Below, in pieces: positions 23,513-32,683 of a DNA stretch of 35,607 nucleotides. The translations under genes were made by a program, and so were the position numbers. Numbering within the stretch: the first letter of the stretch is position 1; every line of letters begins with the position of its first letter. The notes beneath the pieces were generated by a model that saw nothing but the letters and a program-made list of their open reading frames with translations, ran no database searches and had not been told where the DNA came from. Source of the stretch: a virus (Duplodnaviria; Caudoviricetes); IMG/VR virus record IMGVR_UViG_3300030059_002847, positions 1-35,607 of that record; one strand, written 5' to 3'.

Positions 23513-24937
23513 ATGCCCGTAACCAGCCATCATCCACAGTTTGCGTTTGCCCTGGATACATGGCGGCGCAACCGTGACGCAGTTGCGGGGCAGGAGGCAA
23601 TCCGGCGCGGCGGTACGCGATACCTGCCTATGCCGAATGCCGAGGACAAAAGCCCTGCCAATCTGGCGCGCTATGACCGCTATATTGAGCGCGCCCTTTG
23701 GTACGCTTCACCAGAGCGCACCAAGAACAGCTTGATCGGTTCGGTATTCCGCAAGGGGCCGGAAGTCGAAAGCCTGCCAGAGCAGATCCAGTATATGCTG
23801 GAAGATGCGGACGGGGCCGGTGTTTCGCTTATCCAGACGGGAAAAGAAATCATCGGGGAGTTGCTGGAGGTCGGGCGCATTGGTGTGCTTGTCGATTATC
23901 CACGCCACGATCTGCAAAACCCATCGCAAGAGCAGGTCCGAGAGTTGGATTTGCGGGCCAATCTTGCGACCTATCCCGCCGAAACCGTGATCAACTGGCG
24001 GGTTGAGAAAGTGGGCGGGCGGTTCGTTCTGAAGATGGTTGTGCTGAAAGAAGAGCGCATCATCAACGATGACGGATATGACAAGGAAACAGATTTCCAA
24101 TACCGCGTCCTGCGCATGGAAAGCGGCGCATACGTTCAGCGCGTTTTTGACGAAAGCGGCGTTCAGATCGGTGATGACATCGTTCCAGTTCGTGCGGACG
24201 GTTCGCGCTGGCCGGTAATCCCGTTTGTTATTCTGGGGGCAGAGAACAACCGCACCGATGTGGACAAGGCCCCGTTGTCGCATCTTTGCAACCATGCCAT
24301 TGCCTACTGGCAGACAAGCGCGGATCACCGCGAAAACCTTTACACGCACGGCCAGCTGACGCTGGGCATCACGTCCGACATGTCGCATGAGGATTTCAAG
24401 CAGGCCAACCCCAACGGGATCGTTGTAGGCGCACCCTACGGCGTGTTTCTGGGCGAGAACGGCGGCTTTCACACGGCAACCGCGCCGGAGTCGTCCAGCC
24501 TGTCAAAAGCCCTGAAAGACTTGCGCGAAGAAATGGCCGAGCTTGGCGCGCAGATCATCCAGAAGGGCGGACAGGCGCAGACAGCAGAGGCCGCGCGGAT
24601 CGACGCCGCAGCGGAAAGCAGTGTGCTATCCAACGTGGTCGGCAACGCATCCGAGGGCATCGAGCAGTGCCTTGAGTGGGCTGCGATTTTCATGGGCGGG
24701 AATGCTGACGCGGTTGAATACCGCCTGAACACTGACTTCTTCGACGAAACGCTTGATCCGCAGGCGCGCCTTGCGATGCAGCAGGAATTGAACATGGGGC
24801 TGATTGGCAAGTCCGACTATCGCCGCGCATTGCGCAAGGTTGATATCATCGACAGCAGCCGTAGCGACGAAGATATTGACGAAGAAGTAGCAACGACCCC
24901 GCCGAGCATTACGGGCAACCCGCTGGGGCTTGAGTAG
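23513..24937 (+). CDS. Portal protein (DUF4055-like)
   Basis: YLP..Y..Y..RA, DADG.G, GR.G.LVD, IPFV, TAE.A; position after terL. Confidence 0.88.
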   Translation: MPVTSHHPQFAFALDTWRRNRDAVAGQEAIRRGGTRYLPMPNAEDKSPANLARYDRYIERALWYASPERTKNSLIGSVFRKGPEVESLPEQIQYMLEDADGAGVSLIQTGKEIIGELLEVGRIGVLVDYPRHDLQNPSQEQVRELDLRANLATYPAETVINWRVEKVGGRFVLKMVVLKEERIINDDGYDKETDFQYRVLRMESGAYVQRVFDESGVQIGDDIVPVRADGSRWPVIPFVILGAENNRTDVDKAPLSHLCNHAIAYWQTSADHRENLYTHGQLTLGITSDMSHEDFKQANPNGIVVGAPYGVFLGENGGFHTATAPESSSLSKALKDLREEMAELGAQIIQKGGQAQTAEAARIDAAAESSVLSNVVGNASEGIEQCLEWAAIFMGGNADAVEYRLNTDFFDETLDPQARLAMQQELNMGLIGKSDYRRALRKVDIIDSSRSDEDIDEEVATTPPSITGNPLGLE

Positions 24938-26034
24938 TGGCCCCGGCTGACGGTAGCGCAAACGACATCATCGCGGATCTGGTCACGCGTCACGCGATTG
25001 ACCTGCTGCGTGTCGAGGCGGGGCAGCGCAGGGCGATCCGGCGGCTGCTGAGCGAGCTTGAGGGCGATCTGGTGGCACAGCTGGCCAAGATCGACCCGAC
25101 AGGCGTTGCAAGGGACAGCGCCAAGGTCGCGCGGCTGGAAAAGCTGCTGACACAGGCGCGGGAGACAATCCGCGCGAGTTACCGCGGGGCATCCTCGCAG
25201 CTGATCGGGGAGCTTCGGGAACTGGCAGACATTGAGGCTGGGTTCGCGGCAAGGGCGATCAACCAAGGCCTTGGCATAGAGCTGGCAACGGCAACGCTCA
25301 CACGGGCGCAGGCTGTGGCGCTGGTGGGCGATATGCTGGTTCAGGGCGCACCGGTCAGCGATTGGTGGTCACGGCAAGCAGGCGACACGCTGGAGCGGTT
25401 TACGGACGCAATGCGGCTCGGCATGGCGCAGGGCGATACATCGGCGCAGTTGATCCAGCGGATCAGGGGCGGGAAACGGAACGGCGAGCTTGTCACTGGC
25501 TTCATGGAGATCAGCAAGCGGAACGCAGACAGCCTTGTGCGATCGGCAACGCAGGCTGTGAGTGCAGCGGCCCGCGATCAGACCTACACGGCAAACGCGG
25601 ACATTCTGAAGGGCGTCATGTGGGTCAGCACAATTGATTTGCGGACATCTAATTCGTGCAAGGTTCGTGACGGCCTTCTTTATAGCGTTGGAGACCATGA
25701 ACCCATCGGCCATGACGTACCTTGGCTGTCAGGGCCGGGCAGTATTCATTGGGGCTGCCGTTCCAGCTCAGCGCCCATAACAAGAAGTTTCAGAGAATTG
25801 GGGATTGATATCGACGACTTGCCACCCGGCAAGCGGGCGAGCATCGACGGTCAATTACCGAGCGATACAACATTTGAGGCTTGGCTGAGCCGCCAATCGA
25901 AGGCGCGTCAGGACGAATCCCTTGGTGTTGGGCGTGCGGACCTGTGGCGTGAGGGCAAAATCACCTTTCGCGACCTACTAGATGCGAATGGGCGGGAATT
26001 GACGCTCAAAGAGCTTCTGGCGCGCATCGCCTAA
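24937..26034 (+). CDS. Minor head morphogenesis protein (Mu gpF/SPP1 gp7-like)
   Basis: WVSTID.RTS..C..RDG, HWGCRS, TF..WL..Q..Q...LG. Confidence 0.85.
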   Translation: MAPADGSANDIIADLVTRHAIDLLRVEAGQRRAIRRLLSELEGDLVAQLAKIDPTGVARDSAKVARLEKLLTQARETIRASYRGASSQLIGELRELADIEAGFAARAINQGLGIELATATLTRAQAVALVGDMLVQGAPVSDWWSRQAGDTLERFTDAMRLGMAQGDTSAQLIQRIRGGKRNGELVTGFMEISKRNADSLVRSATQAVSAAARDQTYTANADILKGVMWVSTIDLRTSNSCKVRDGLLYSVGDHEPIGHDVPWLSGPGSIHWGCRSSSAPITRSFRELGIDIDDLPPGKRASIDGQLPSDTTFEAWLSRQSKARQDESLGVGRADLWREGKITFRDLLDANGRELTLKELLARIA

Positions 26035-26060
26035 CCACCACACGACAGAACGAACCACAC

Positions 26061-26084
26061 AACCCCGCTTCGGTGGGGCTTTTT
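26061..26084 (+). terminator. Rho-independent terminator
   Basis: CCCCGC-TTCG-GTGGGG then C-T5. Confidence 0.7.
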
Positions 26085-26133
26085 GCATTGGAACCAGCGG
26101 TCAGTGGCCGCGCCCATCATATCGGAGATAAAG

Positions 26134-26754
26134 ATGGCAGACGAAAACGACGAAAAGACATTCACCCAAGCCGACCTAGACGCGGCGGTCGCAAAGGCGG
26201 TCGAGGCATTGAAAGCCAAGAACGACGAACTGCTGGGCGAAACCAAGGCCGAGCGCAAAAAGCGCCAGGAACTCGAAGCGGCACAAGAGACAGCAGAAGC
26301 CGAACGCCAAAAAAAGGCGGGCGAGTTTCGGGAACTGTACGAAAAGACCCAAGCGGAACTTGAGAAAGAACGCGCGCAAGCGGCGGCTTTCAAGGCAACC
26401 ATCCGCGAAAAGGATATCGAGGGAACAGCGGGCGCTATCGCCTCTGAACTGACGCGGGACACAGCCCGCGCGGCACTCTTGCGGAAAGAGGCGGCGGCGC
26501 TGCTCAAGCACACAGACGAAGGTGTGCAATACGAAATCGGCGGTGTGCAGGTTGATCGGGCGAAAGTGCTGGATCACCTCAAGGCCGCTTATCCGTTCCT
26601 TGCGGACGGAAACCAATCCAACGGCGGCGGGGCTGGCGGTGGAAGCGGCGGGGCCGGAAGCATCACGAAAGAGCAGTTCAAGGCGATGGGCGACAAAGAG
26701 CGCATCGAATTGCACCGCAATGACCCTGAAACATTCCGGCGGCTTGCCGGGTAA
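26134..26754 (+). CDS. Capsid scaffolding protein
   Basis: FTQADLD, LKAKNDELLGE coiled coil, Gly-rich C-terminus; SD GGAG. Confidence 0.8.
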   Translation: MADENDEKTFTQADLDAAVAKAVEALKAKNDELLGETKAERKKRQELEAAQETAEAERQKKAGEFRELYEKTQAELEKERAQAAAFKATIREKDIEGTAGAIASELTRDTARAALLRKEAAALLKHTDEGVQYEIGGVQVDRAKVLDHLKAAYPFLADGNQSNGGGAGGGSGGAGSITKEQFKAMGDKERIELHRNDPETFRRLAG

Positions 26755-26772
26755 TCTTGAAAGGATAGCCCG

Positions 26773-27798
26773 ATGGCTACCACACAAATCACTGACGTTT
26801 ACGTCCCAGAGGTTTACGCCTCCTACACTGCTGTCAACGGCCCCGAAAAAACCGCGTTCTTTGACGCTGGCGTTGCTGTGACGAACCCTGCGCTGGCAAC
26901 CATGTTCAGCGAAGGCGGCCGGATTGGCGAATTGCCTTTCTGGAAGGATCTGGACGCATCTGACGAGCCGAACTATGGCACCGACGATCCCGCAGATGTT
27001 GCCACGCCTGCAAAGATCACCACAGGCATTCAGGTGGCCCGCATGGCTTCGCTGAACCAAGGTTATTCGTCTGCCGATCTGACGGGCGAACTGGCTGGCG
27101 CTGATCCGATGCAGCAGGTCCGCAACCGCTTCGGCACTTACTGGATGCGCCAGTGGCAGCGCCGCACCATCTGTTCTTTGCAGGGCGTGATCGCTGACAA
27201 CATCACCAATGACGGCGGCGATATGGTGAACAGCATCGCAGGGGCAACCAATGCCGATGTTGCTGCTGGCACTTTGTTCAGCCGTCAAGCCTTCACCACT
27301 GCCGCTTTCACCAGCGGCGACCACTTTGACGACTATGTGGCGATTGCCGTTCACAGCGTTGTCTACAAGCGGATGGTGGACAATGATGACATCGATTTCA
27401 TCCCCGACAGCCAAGGCGTCATGTCTGCAACCTTCATGGGCCGTCGCGTGATCGTGGATGATGGCCTGCCGATGACGGCGGCGGCTGGCTCCGGCCCGAC
27501 CGATGCTGCAGCGACTTACACCTCGTTCCTGTTTGGCACCGGCCTGATTGGCTACGGCGAACGCGCACCAAAGGTTCCGGTCGAACTGGAGCGTGAGGCC
27601 GCACAGGGCAATGGCGCAGGCGTTGAAACCCTGTGGGAGCGCAAGGCCTGGGTGATCCATCCGTTCGGCACTGCCTTCACCAGCACCACGCTGACAGACG
27701 GCAACGCCACATGGGCGCAGCTTCGCCTTGCTGCGAACTGGGACCGCGTTGTTGAGCGCAAGAACGTGCCGCTATCCGCAATAATTTCCAACGGATAA
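26773..27798 (+). CDS. Major capsid protein
   Basis: 341 aa after scaffold; VPEV, LPFWKDL, DPM, GRRVIVDD, NWDRV..KNVP. Confidence 0.9.
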   Translation: MATTQITDVYVPEVYASYTAVNGPEKTAFFDAGVAVTNPALATMFSEGGRIGELPFWKDLDASDEPNYGTDDPADVATPAKITTGIQVARMASLNQGYSSADLTGELAGADPMQQVRNRFGTYWMRQWQRRTICSLQGVIADNITNDGGDMVNSIAGATNADVAAGTLFSRQAFTTAAFTSGDHFDDYVAIAVHSVVYKRMVDNDDIDFIPDSQGVMSATFMGRRVIVDDGLPMTAAAGSGPTDAAATYTSFLFGTGLIGYGERAPKVPVELEREAAQGNGAGVETLWERKAWVIHPFGTAFTSTTLTDGNATWAQLRLAANWDRVVERKNVPLSAIISNG

Positions 27799-27806
27799 AC
27801 ATTCCG

Positions 27807-27834
27807 TTGCGCTAACATGTGAAATGGATATAAT
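27807..27834 (+). promoter_or_regulatory. Putative sigma70 promoter of the inserted endonuclease gene
   Basis: TTGCGC-16-TATAAT. Confidence 0.5.
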
Positions 27835-27849
27835 GGCCCCTGTGTAACA

Positions 27850-28689
27850 ATGGGGGCCATTATGGGCGGCAAGAGAATTGAGCAAGGTGATCGCTTCGGG
27901 AAGCTGGAAGCGGTAGAGATGAAACACAAAAAAAGTGCATCAGGCAGGCTTAGAACGCACTGGCTTTGTGTGTGCGACTGCAGTGGCGATGCTCTTGTTG
28001 ATAGCGGCAACCTCAGGAACGGCAACACAACACAATGCAAGTCATGCGCTGATATTGCCAGAGGAGCGGCGCGCGTCACCCACGGTCAAACAAGTGGTGG
28101 CAGGTCCAAGATCTATAACACTTGGAGCCACATCATCCAGCGCATCACGAACCCGAAAAACAAGCGGTTCGCGGACTACGGGGGTCGGGGCTTGGATATG
28201 TCGCCAGAGTGGCGCGACAGTTTTGAAGCCTTTGCCAGAGACATGGGTGAACCGCCAACGCCAGATCACCAGATTGAGCGTGAAGACAATGATTGCGGCT
28301 ACTGGCCTGATAACTGCCGATGGGCGGACAGGTATGAGCAGGGCGCGAACAAGCGAAACAACATCGTCATTACTTGGCGGGGGCAAACTAAGACCCTTGC
28401 CGAATGGTGCCGAGAGACAGGAATTGCGTTCGATACCGCAAAGATGCGGCACAATAGGCACCCATACAATGGCGACCGGATATTCGCAAAAGGACGCCTG
28501 CGCACAGGTAAGGTTTTGACAGTTGACGGCGTGCGTTTTGATACGATTGAGCAAGCCGCTAAGGCATATGGGCTGTCTACATCGGGCGCGACCGGGCGGT
28601 TTGGTTCTAAATCTTTCCCAAACTGGGAAGCCAAGGAGAGAAAACGACATGAACATCAAAGAACAGCTTGCTTTGCAGGCAATGTATGA
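27850..28689 (+). CDS. Putative free-standing HNH-type homing endonuclease
   Basis: GDRFGKL, WLCVCDC, YGGRG, IEREDND.GY.PDNCRWA, KTLAEW; interrupts the head operon. Confidence 0.82.
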   Translation: MGAIMGGKRIEQGDRFGKLEAVEMKHKKSASGRLRTHWLCVCDCSGDALVDSGNLRNGNTTQCKSCADIARGAARVTHGQTSGGRSKIYNTWSHIIQRITNPKNKRFADYGGRGLDMSPEWRDSFEAFARDMGEPPTPDHQIEREDNDCGYWPDNCRWADRYEQGANKRNNIVITWRGQTKTLAEWCRETGIAFDTAKMRHNRHPYNGDRIFAKGRLRTGKVLTVDGVRFDTIEQAAKAYGLSTSGATGRFGSKSFPNWEAKERKRHEHQRTACFAGNV

Positions 28690-28762
28690 CGCGCAGGCGA
28701 ATGGCGATGAACCGGCGCCTAAACCAGCGCCCAAGAAAAAGCCCGCGCAGGTGAAGAAATGA
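28649..28762 (+). CDS. 37-aa hypothetical protein (MNIKEQLALQ...)
   Basis: SD AAGGAG; probably the original gene after MCP. Confidence 0.55.
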   Translation: MNIKEQLALQAMYDAQANGDEPAPKPAPKKKPAQVKK

Positions 28763-28836
28763 GACGCCGTGCATGGATCGCGCTGTATATCCAGCGCCGC
28801 GCCCGCGAACGTCGCGCCGCAAGGGCTGCTGAATAA
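28759..28836 (+). CDS. 25-aa Arg-rich peptide (MRRRAWIALYIQRRARERRAARAAE)
   Basis: ATGA and TAATG coupling at both ends. Confidence 0.4.
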   Translation: MRRRAWIALYIQRRARERRAARAAE

Positions 28837-29264
28837 TGCTATCCTTGACCGTCCCTGCCGTCACACCCGCCGAGGCGTCCAGCTATATCGCGCTGAACGG
28901 TTACGCGGGCTGGCCTGAAGGTGAGCCTGAACAGCTTACCGCGATCCGCCGGGGGCAGACCTATATCGCCGTGACCTACAACGGGCGGTGGGCTGATGAA
29001 TGGGACGCCGTGCCGGAAGCGGTGCAGTTTGCCATCATCGAAGCAGCATTGCGCGAGTCCCGCGCGCCGGGAACGCTTGGCGCTGATTACGTGCCTGCCG
29101 AACGTGTAACCATGCGGCGCGAAAAACTGGACGTGCTGGAAGAGGAAACGCAATTCAGCGACCGACCCGCATCGCAACAGCTATCCGTGCCGATCATTGA
29201 CGCCTTGCTGCGGCCATTGCTGGGCAGCGCGGGCGGCACCAACTTTGCGGTGACACGCGGATGA
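28836..29264 (+). CDS. Head-tail adaptor protein
   Basis: EA..Y, A.RR...YI, VPEAV..A..EAAL, IDALLRPLL; position. Confidence 0.75.
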   Translation: MLSLTVPAVTPAEASSYIALNGYAGWPEGEPEQLTAIRRGQTYIAVTYNGRWADEWDAVPEAVQFAIIEAALRESRAPGTLGADYVPAERVTMRREKLDVLEEETQFSDRPASQQLSVPIIDALLRPLLGSAGGTNFAVTRG

Positions 29265-29677
29265 CGGCCTACGAGCGCGGCGCAGCACTGGCTGACCGCA
29301 TTCTTGGCAGCGACAAGGGCGAGACGGGAGCCATTCGGCGCGAAACCGTGACCGGTGGCGGGCCAAGCGACCCGACAGGCGGCACAGTGACCGTGACCGA
29401 CTATCCCTGCCGTCTGGCGGCGTTTCCTGTGGCGCAGCGCGATATTGACGGGACGCTGATCAAGGCCGGTGACTTTCGCGTGCTGGTGGCTACGGGGATC
29501 AGCGCAGAGCAAGCGGCGGCGTGGGTTCCAGAAGGCCAGACCGGCGACTTTGCCGACATCGTGCCGGTGACCACAGACATTCTGGTGTGCAGCCAAGGCG
29601 TCTTGACGATCATCGACGCGGGCCGGTTCGCGCCAGCTGGCACGGTGACGCATTACAAGATGGTGGGGCGGAAATGA
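29261..29677 (+). CDS. Head closure protein
   Basis: IDGTLIKAGD motif; position. Confidence 0.7.
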   Translation: MTAYERGAALADRILGSDKGETGAIRRETVTGGGPSDPTGGTVTVTDYPCRLAAFPVAQRDIDGTLIKAGDFRVLVATGISAEQAAAWVPEGQTGDFADIVPVTTDILVCSQGVLTIIDAGRFAPAGTVTHYKMVGRK

Positions 29678-30081
29678 GCAGCTTCGCAGACCAGATCCGC
29701 GCCTTCGAGGACAGCACCAACGCCAAGATGGAGCGCGCGGCGCGCAAAATCATTCTGGACGCATTCAGCGAGGTCATTCTGGTCACGCCCGTCGATAAGG
29801 GCACAGCGCGGGCCAACTGGCAGGTGGCAATCGGCAACGTGCCGAACGGAACGCTGGAGCTGAATGACGAAACTGGAACGGCGACAATCAGCAAGGTAGC
29901 CGCCGAGGCGCAGGGGCTTGAGCTGGGCGATACGATCTACTTGGCGAACAATTTGCCATACATCAACCGGATCATGAACGAGGGCTGGTCAGGGCAGGCA
30001 CCTGCGGGCAGCTTTGACCTGATCGTGCAGCGGTTCAACGTAATCGCGGGCAAGGTCATTGCGCAGATCGGGGCTGAATGA
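29674..30081 (+). CDS. Neck/tail completion protein (HK97 gp10-like)
   Basis: TPVDKG.ARANW, NNLPY, S.QAPAG. Confidence 0.8.
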   Translation: MSSFADQIRAFEDSTNAKMERAARKIILDAFSEVILVTPVDKGTARANWQVAIGNVPNGTLELNDETGTATISKVAAEAQGLELGDTIYLANNLPYINRIMNEGWSGQAPAGSFDLIVQRFNVIAGKVIAQIGAE

Positions 30082-30491
30082 TGGGCGTTGAAACAGACAT
30101 CCACGCGGCGCTGATGGCGCGGGTCGAGACAATCCCCACGGCGCTGCCTATGAGCCTACCGGGGGTGCCGTTCACCCCGCCGGAGGGCGACTATATCCGC
30201 GTCACGCATCGCCGCAATGAGGCCGAGCGCAAGGGGCTGCTGGGCCGCGACGGCATGGACCACATGGGCATCCTGTACATCGACCTGTTCAGGCGCACGG
30301 GGCCAAACACATGGCAGGTGACGTCCGACACGATTGCTGACGACATCGCCGCGCATTTTCCGCTGGATCTGCGCCTTACGCGGGGAACCACGCGGATCAT
30401 CGTTTACAAGACGGTGCTCGGTGACAGCGAACTGGACCTCGGAGGCACGCACTTCCGCGTGCAGATCAAGGTTTTCTACAACACACTTTGA
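30078..30491 (+). CDS. Tail terminator protein (DUF4128-like)
   Basis: FTPP, GILYIDLF, ADDIAAHF; position. Confidence 0.7.
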   Translation: MMGVETDIHAALMARVETIPTALPMSLPGVPFTPPEGDYIRVTHRRNEAERKGLLGRDGMDHMGILYIDLFRRTGPNTWQVTSDTIADDIAAHFPLDLRLTRGTTRIIVYKTVLGDSELDLGGTHFRVQIKVFYNTL

Positions 30492-30501
30492 GGAGGCCAG
30501 C

Positions 30502-30696
30502 ATGGCACGAAAGAAAACCGCCACGGCGGATCAAGAGCCTATGGAGCAGGATGCGGCGTCCAAGGCACCGGCGAAGCCCAAGCGCGTGAAACTGCGCAAC
30601 ACCAAGGCCGCGAACGGCCAGATCGGCGCGATTGCTACACCGCTGCAAAAAGACGCGGCGTCATGGCGCGCAATTGGCTGGGTTACAGCCGAGTAA
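30502..30696 (+). CDS. Hypothetical protein
   Basis: SD GAGGAGG; ends WRAIGW. Confidence 0.65.
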   Translation: MARKKTATADQEPMEQDAASKAPAKPKRVKLRNTKAANGQIGAIATPLQKDAASWRAIGWVTAE

Positions 30697-30816
30697 GTTT
30701 GCCCTGCCTGCGGGCTGCTTCATCTGAGGCGAACGGTAGGCATTTCACTTCAACTTTGGACAGCAACACCCGCCACGGCGGGCCTGTCCGCTTTGCCAAA
30801 TGAAAGGGCAAATATC

Positions 30817-31302
30817 ATGGCTACCAGAAATTCGATTGGTAAGAGCATCTACTTCTCCGCAGCACTTCCAGCCACCAATGACGCAGCGGGCTTTGAAGCC
30901 CTGACGTGGGTTGAGCTGGAGCACCCGCAGACACTGCCTCAATTCGGCGTGACCAACGCCAACATCGACGTGCCTGATCTGAAATCCGGTTTCACATCCG
31001 GCGTCAAAGGCGCGGCATCCGGCGTTGACAGCCAAGGATCCAACCGCATCGAAGGCAGCACGCTGGCGACCAACCAAGCCACGTTCAAAGCTCTGTGCGA
31101 CAGTGCTGGCGGCGTTTGCGCGATCAAGATCGGCACAGGCTCCGGAGCGGCAAACGCTCTCGTTTCTGGTGATACCGTGGAGTACGCGGCTGGTTACGTC
31201 CACTCCTATCAGGAGAACCAAGCCACGGACAGCACGCACGAGGGCTTCACGTATAATTTTAAGCAAAATGCGCTCACGGTGAAGGCGACAGAGCCGGTCT
31301 AA
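30817..31302 (+). CDS. Major tail tube protein
   Basis: SAALPAT.DAAGFEALTW, KGA; SD GAAAGG; position. Confidence 0.8.
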   Translation: MATRNSIGKSIYFSAALPATNDAAGFEALTWVELEHPQTLPQFGVTNANIDVPDLKSGFTSGVKGAASGVDSQGSNRIEGSTLATNQATFKALCDSAGGVCAIKIGTGSGAANALVSGDTVEYAAGYVHSYQENQATDSTHEGFTYNFKQNALTVKATEPV

Positions 31303-31326
31303 GGCATCCGCTCCGGCGGGTAAACG

Positions 31327-31379
31327 AGGCTGGCGCGGTGTGGTTCCGCTGCGCTGGCCTCACATTTGGAACCGGAACC
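31327..31379 (+). promoter_or_regulatory. Hairpin / H-type pseudoknot in the tail-chaperone leader
   Basis: 13-bp stem with GGTTCC loop; two GGAACC copies just before the SD. Confidence 0.55.
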
Positions 31380-31392
31380 GATAGGATATAAC

Positions 31393-31902
31393 ATGGACTT
31401 CAACAAATTCGACAGCCGCGCTGCCGCCGAGGCAGGCCAGCCAATGCAGATCCTCGACCCTTGGACAAACGAGCCAATGATGGATGGCGACAAGCCTTGC
31501 CGCGTCATTGTGCGCGGTACTGCGTCCAAGTCGATGCAAGCCAAGATGCGGGCGAAAGCCAAGGCCGCGATGATGAGCAAGAAGGCCAAGGGCGACGATG
31601 CCGAAGACGAAGCCCGCGTGATGGAAGATGTGCATATGCAGCTTTGCGAAGGTGCCGCCCCGTTCATTGTCGGCTTTGAAAACGTGGCAAAAGGCGACAA
31701 GCCCGCGACTGCCGAGGATGCCGAATGGTTCCTTGACCTGACGTTCCCAGAGATGGGCGTGAAGCTGGACAAGAGCGGCGAGCCTGTGCTGGACAAGGAC
31801 GGCACGCCGCAGTTTGAAATGACGAACAACCCGTTCGCCAAGCAGATTGGCGAGTTTGCAGGCAAGCAAGCAAACCGCTTGGGAAACGGGCAAAAGGGCT
31901 AA
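31393..31902 (+). CDS. Tail assembly chaperone (gpG-equivalent)
   Basis: Between tail tube and tape measure; slippery heptamer near its end. Confidence 0.8.
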   Translation: MDFNKFDSRAAAEAGQPMQILDPWTNEPMMDGDKPCRVIVRGTASKSMQAKMRAKAKAAMMSKKAKGDDAEDEARVMEDVHMQLCEGAAPFIVGFENVAKGDKPATAEDAEWFLDLTFPEMGVKLDKSGEPVLDKDGTPQFEMTNNPFAKQIGEFAGKQANRLGNGQKG

Positions 31903-32240
31903 GGCTCTATGCCAGTCAGCTTGGCTACCTGCACGCCTTCCCAAAGGACCAGCAGAAAAGCCGGATGGCACAATGGGAAGAGGCCGGAGTGACAGACTTC
32001 GGCCTGCCCGAACTAGACCCGCAAGAATACATGATCGGGTTTCTGTTTGATCTAGGCCCAACGCGCAGCAACGGCATGTCAGAGGGTCCGACAGACTGGG
32101 ACATTCTGTTGCCATACGCCACCGCCAAGGGGCTAGACGACGACGACACAGCCATTCTAGCGGATATGTGCAAGGACTATCACCGGGCGCGTGAGGAAGG
32201 CGTTCACCCGCTGGCGATTGAGCCTGTGGATAGGGAATAG
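31881..32240 (+). CDS. -1 frameshift extension of tail chaperone (gpGT-equivalent)
   Basis: G GGA AAC at 31881-31887; -1 frame reads RAKGLRLYASQLGYLHA... to stop 32240. Confidence 0.8.
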   Translation, partial: GKRAKGLRLYASQLGYLHAFPKDQQKSRMAQWEEAGVTDFGLPELDPQEYMIGFLFDLGPTRSNGMSEGPTDWDILLPYATAKGLDDDDTAILADMCKDYHRAREEGVHPLAIEPVDRE

Positions 32241-32262
32241 GGCATCCCGTGCGCGGGGTGTC

Positions 32263-32616
32263 TTACATGCGTGCTGATGTTCCGCGCGCAAGATTAGCGC
32301 ATTCAAAAACGGCAGGATCATCGAAAAATACAATGTGTTGATCGCCGCGATAGATCACCACTGTGTCCTTGAAGCCAGTCATCCCACCAAAGGCATTCTG
32401 GGCGTTCACGCTTGCGCATACTGCGGTTTCACCGTTGGCGATTTTGTAGGCGCGGAAGTTCTGGAATTGCCCGCTGTCAGGCGCGCGCAGTTTAACCTTA
32501 ATGTCCTGCTTTGCCTTTGCGGCAAGCGCATTGCTTACATTCGTCGGTGTGGCTGGTGTTGTTGCGCAGGCGGCGACAAGCCCGATGGCGGCAATCGCCA
32601 GAAAAACTTTTCTCAT
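32263..32616 (-). CDS. Lipoprotein moron, possible superinfection exclusion
   Basis: Lipobox VAA-C, L..PDS.QF, VC..VNA.N.FGG..G; SD GGAG; antisense to late operon. Confidence 0.75.
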   Translation of the reverse strand: MRKVFLAIAAIGLVAACATTPATPTNVSNALAAKAKQDIKVKLRAPDSGQFQNFRAYKIANGETAVCASVNAQNAFGGMTGFKDTVVIYRGDQHIVFFDDPAVFECANLARGTSARM

Positions 32617-32683
32617 ATCAATCTCCGGTTGGTTTCGCGCTCAACGTAGGCGCGCCCGGTCGATCCTGCAAGGAATACGGCGC

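Noticed and set aside
26176-27660. 494-aa minus-strand ORF
   Set aside because: Antisense shadow of scaffold and capsid genes in high-GC DNA; no motifs.
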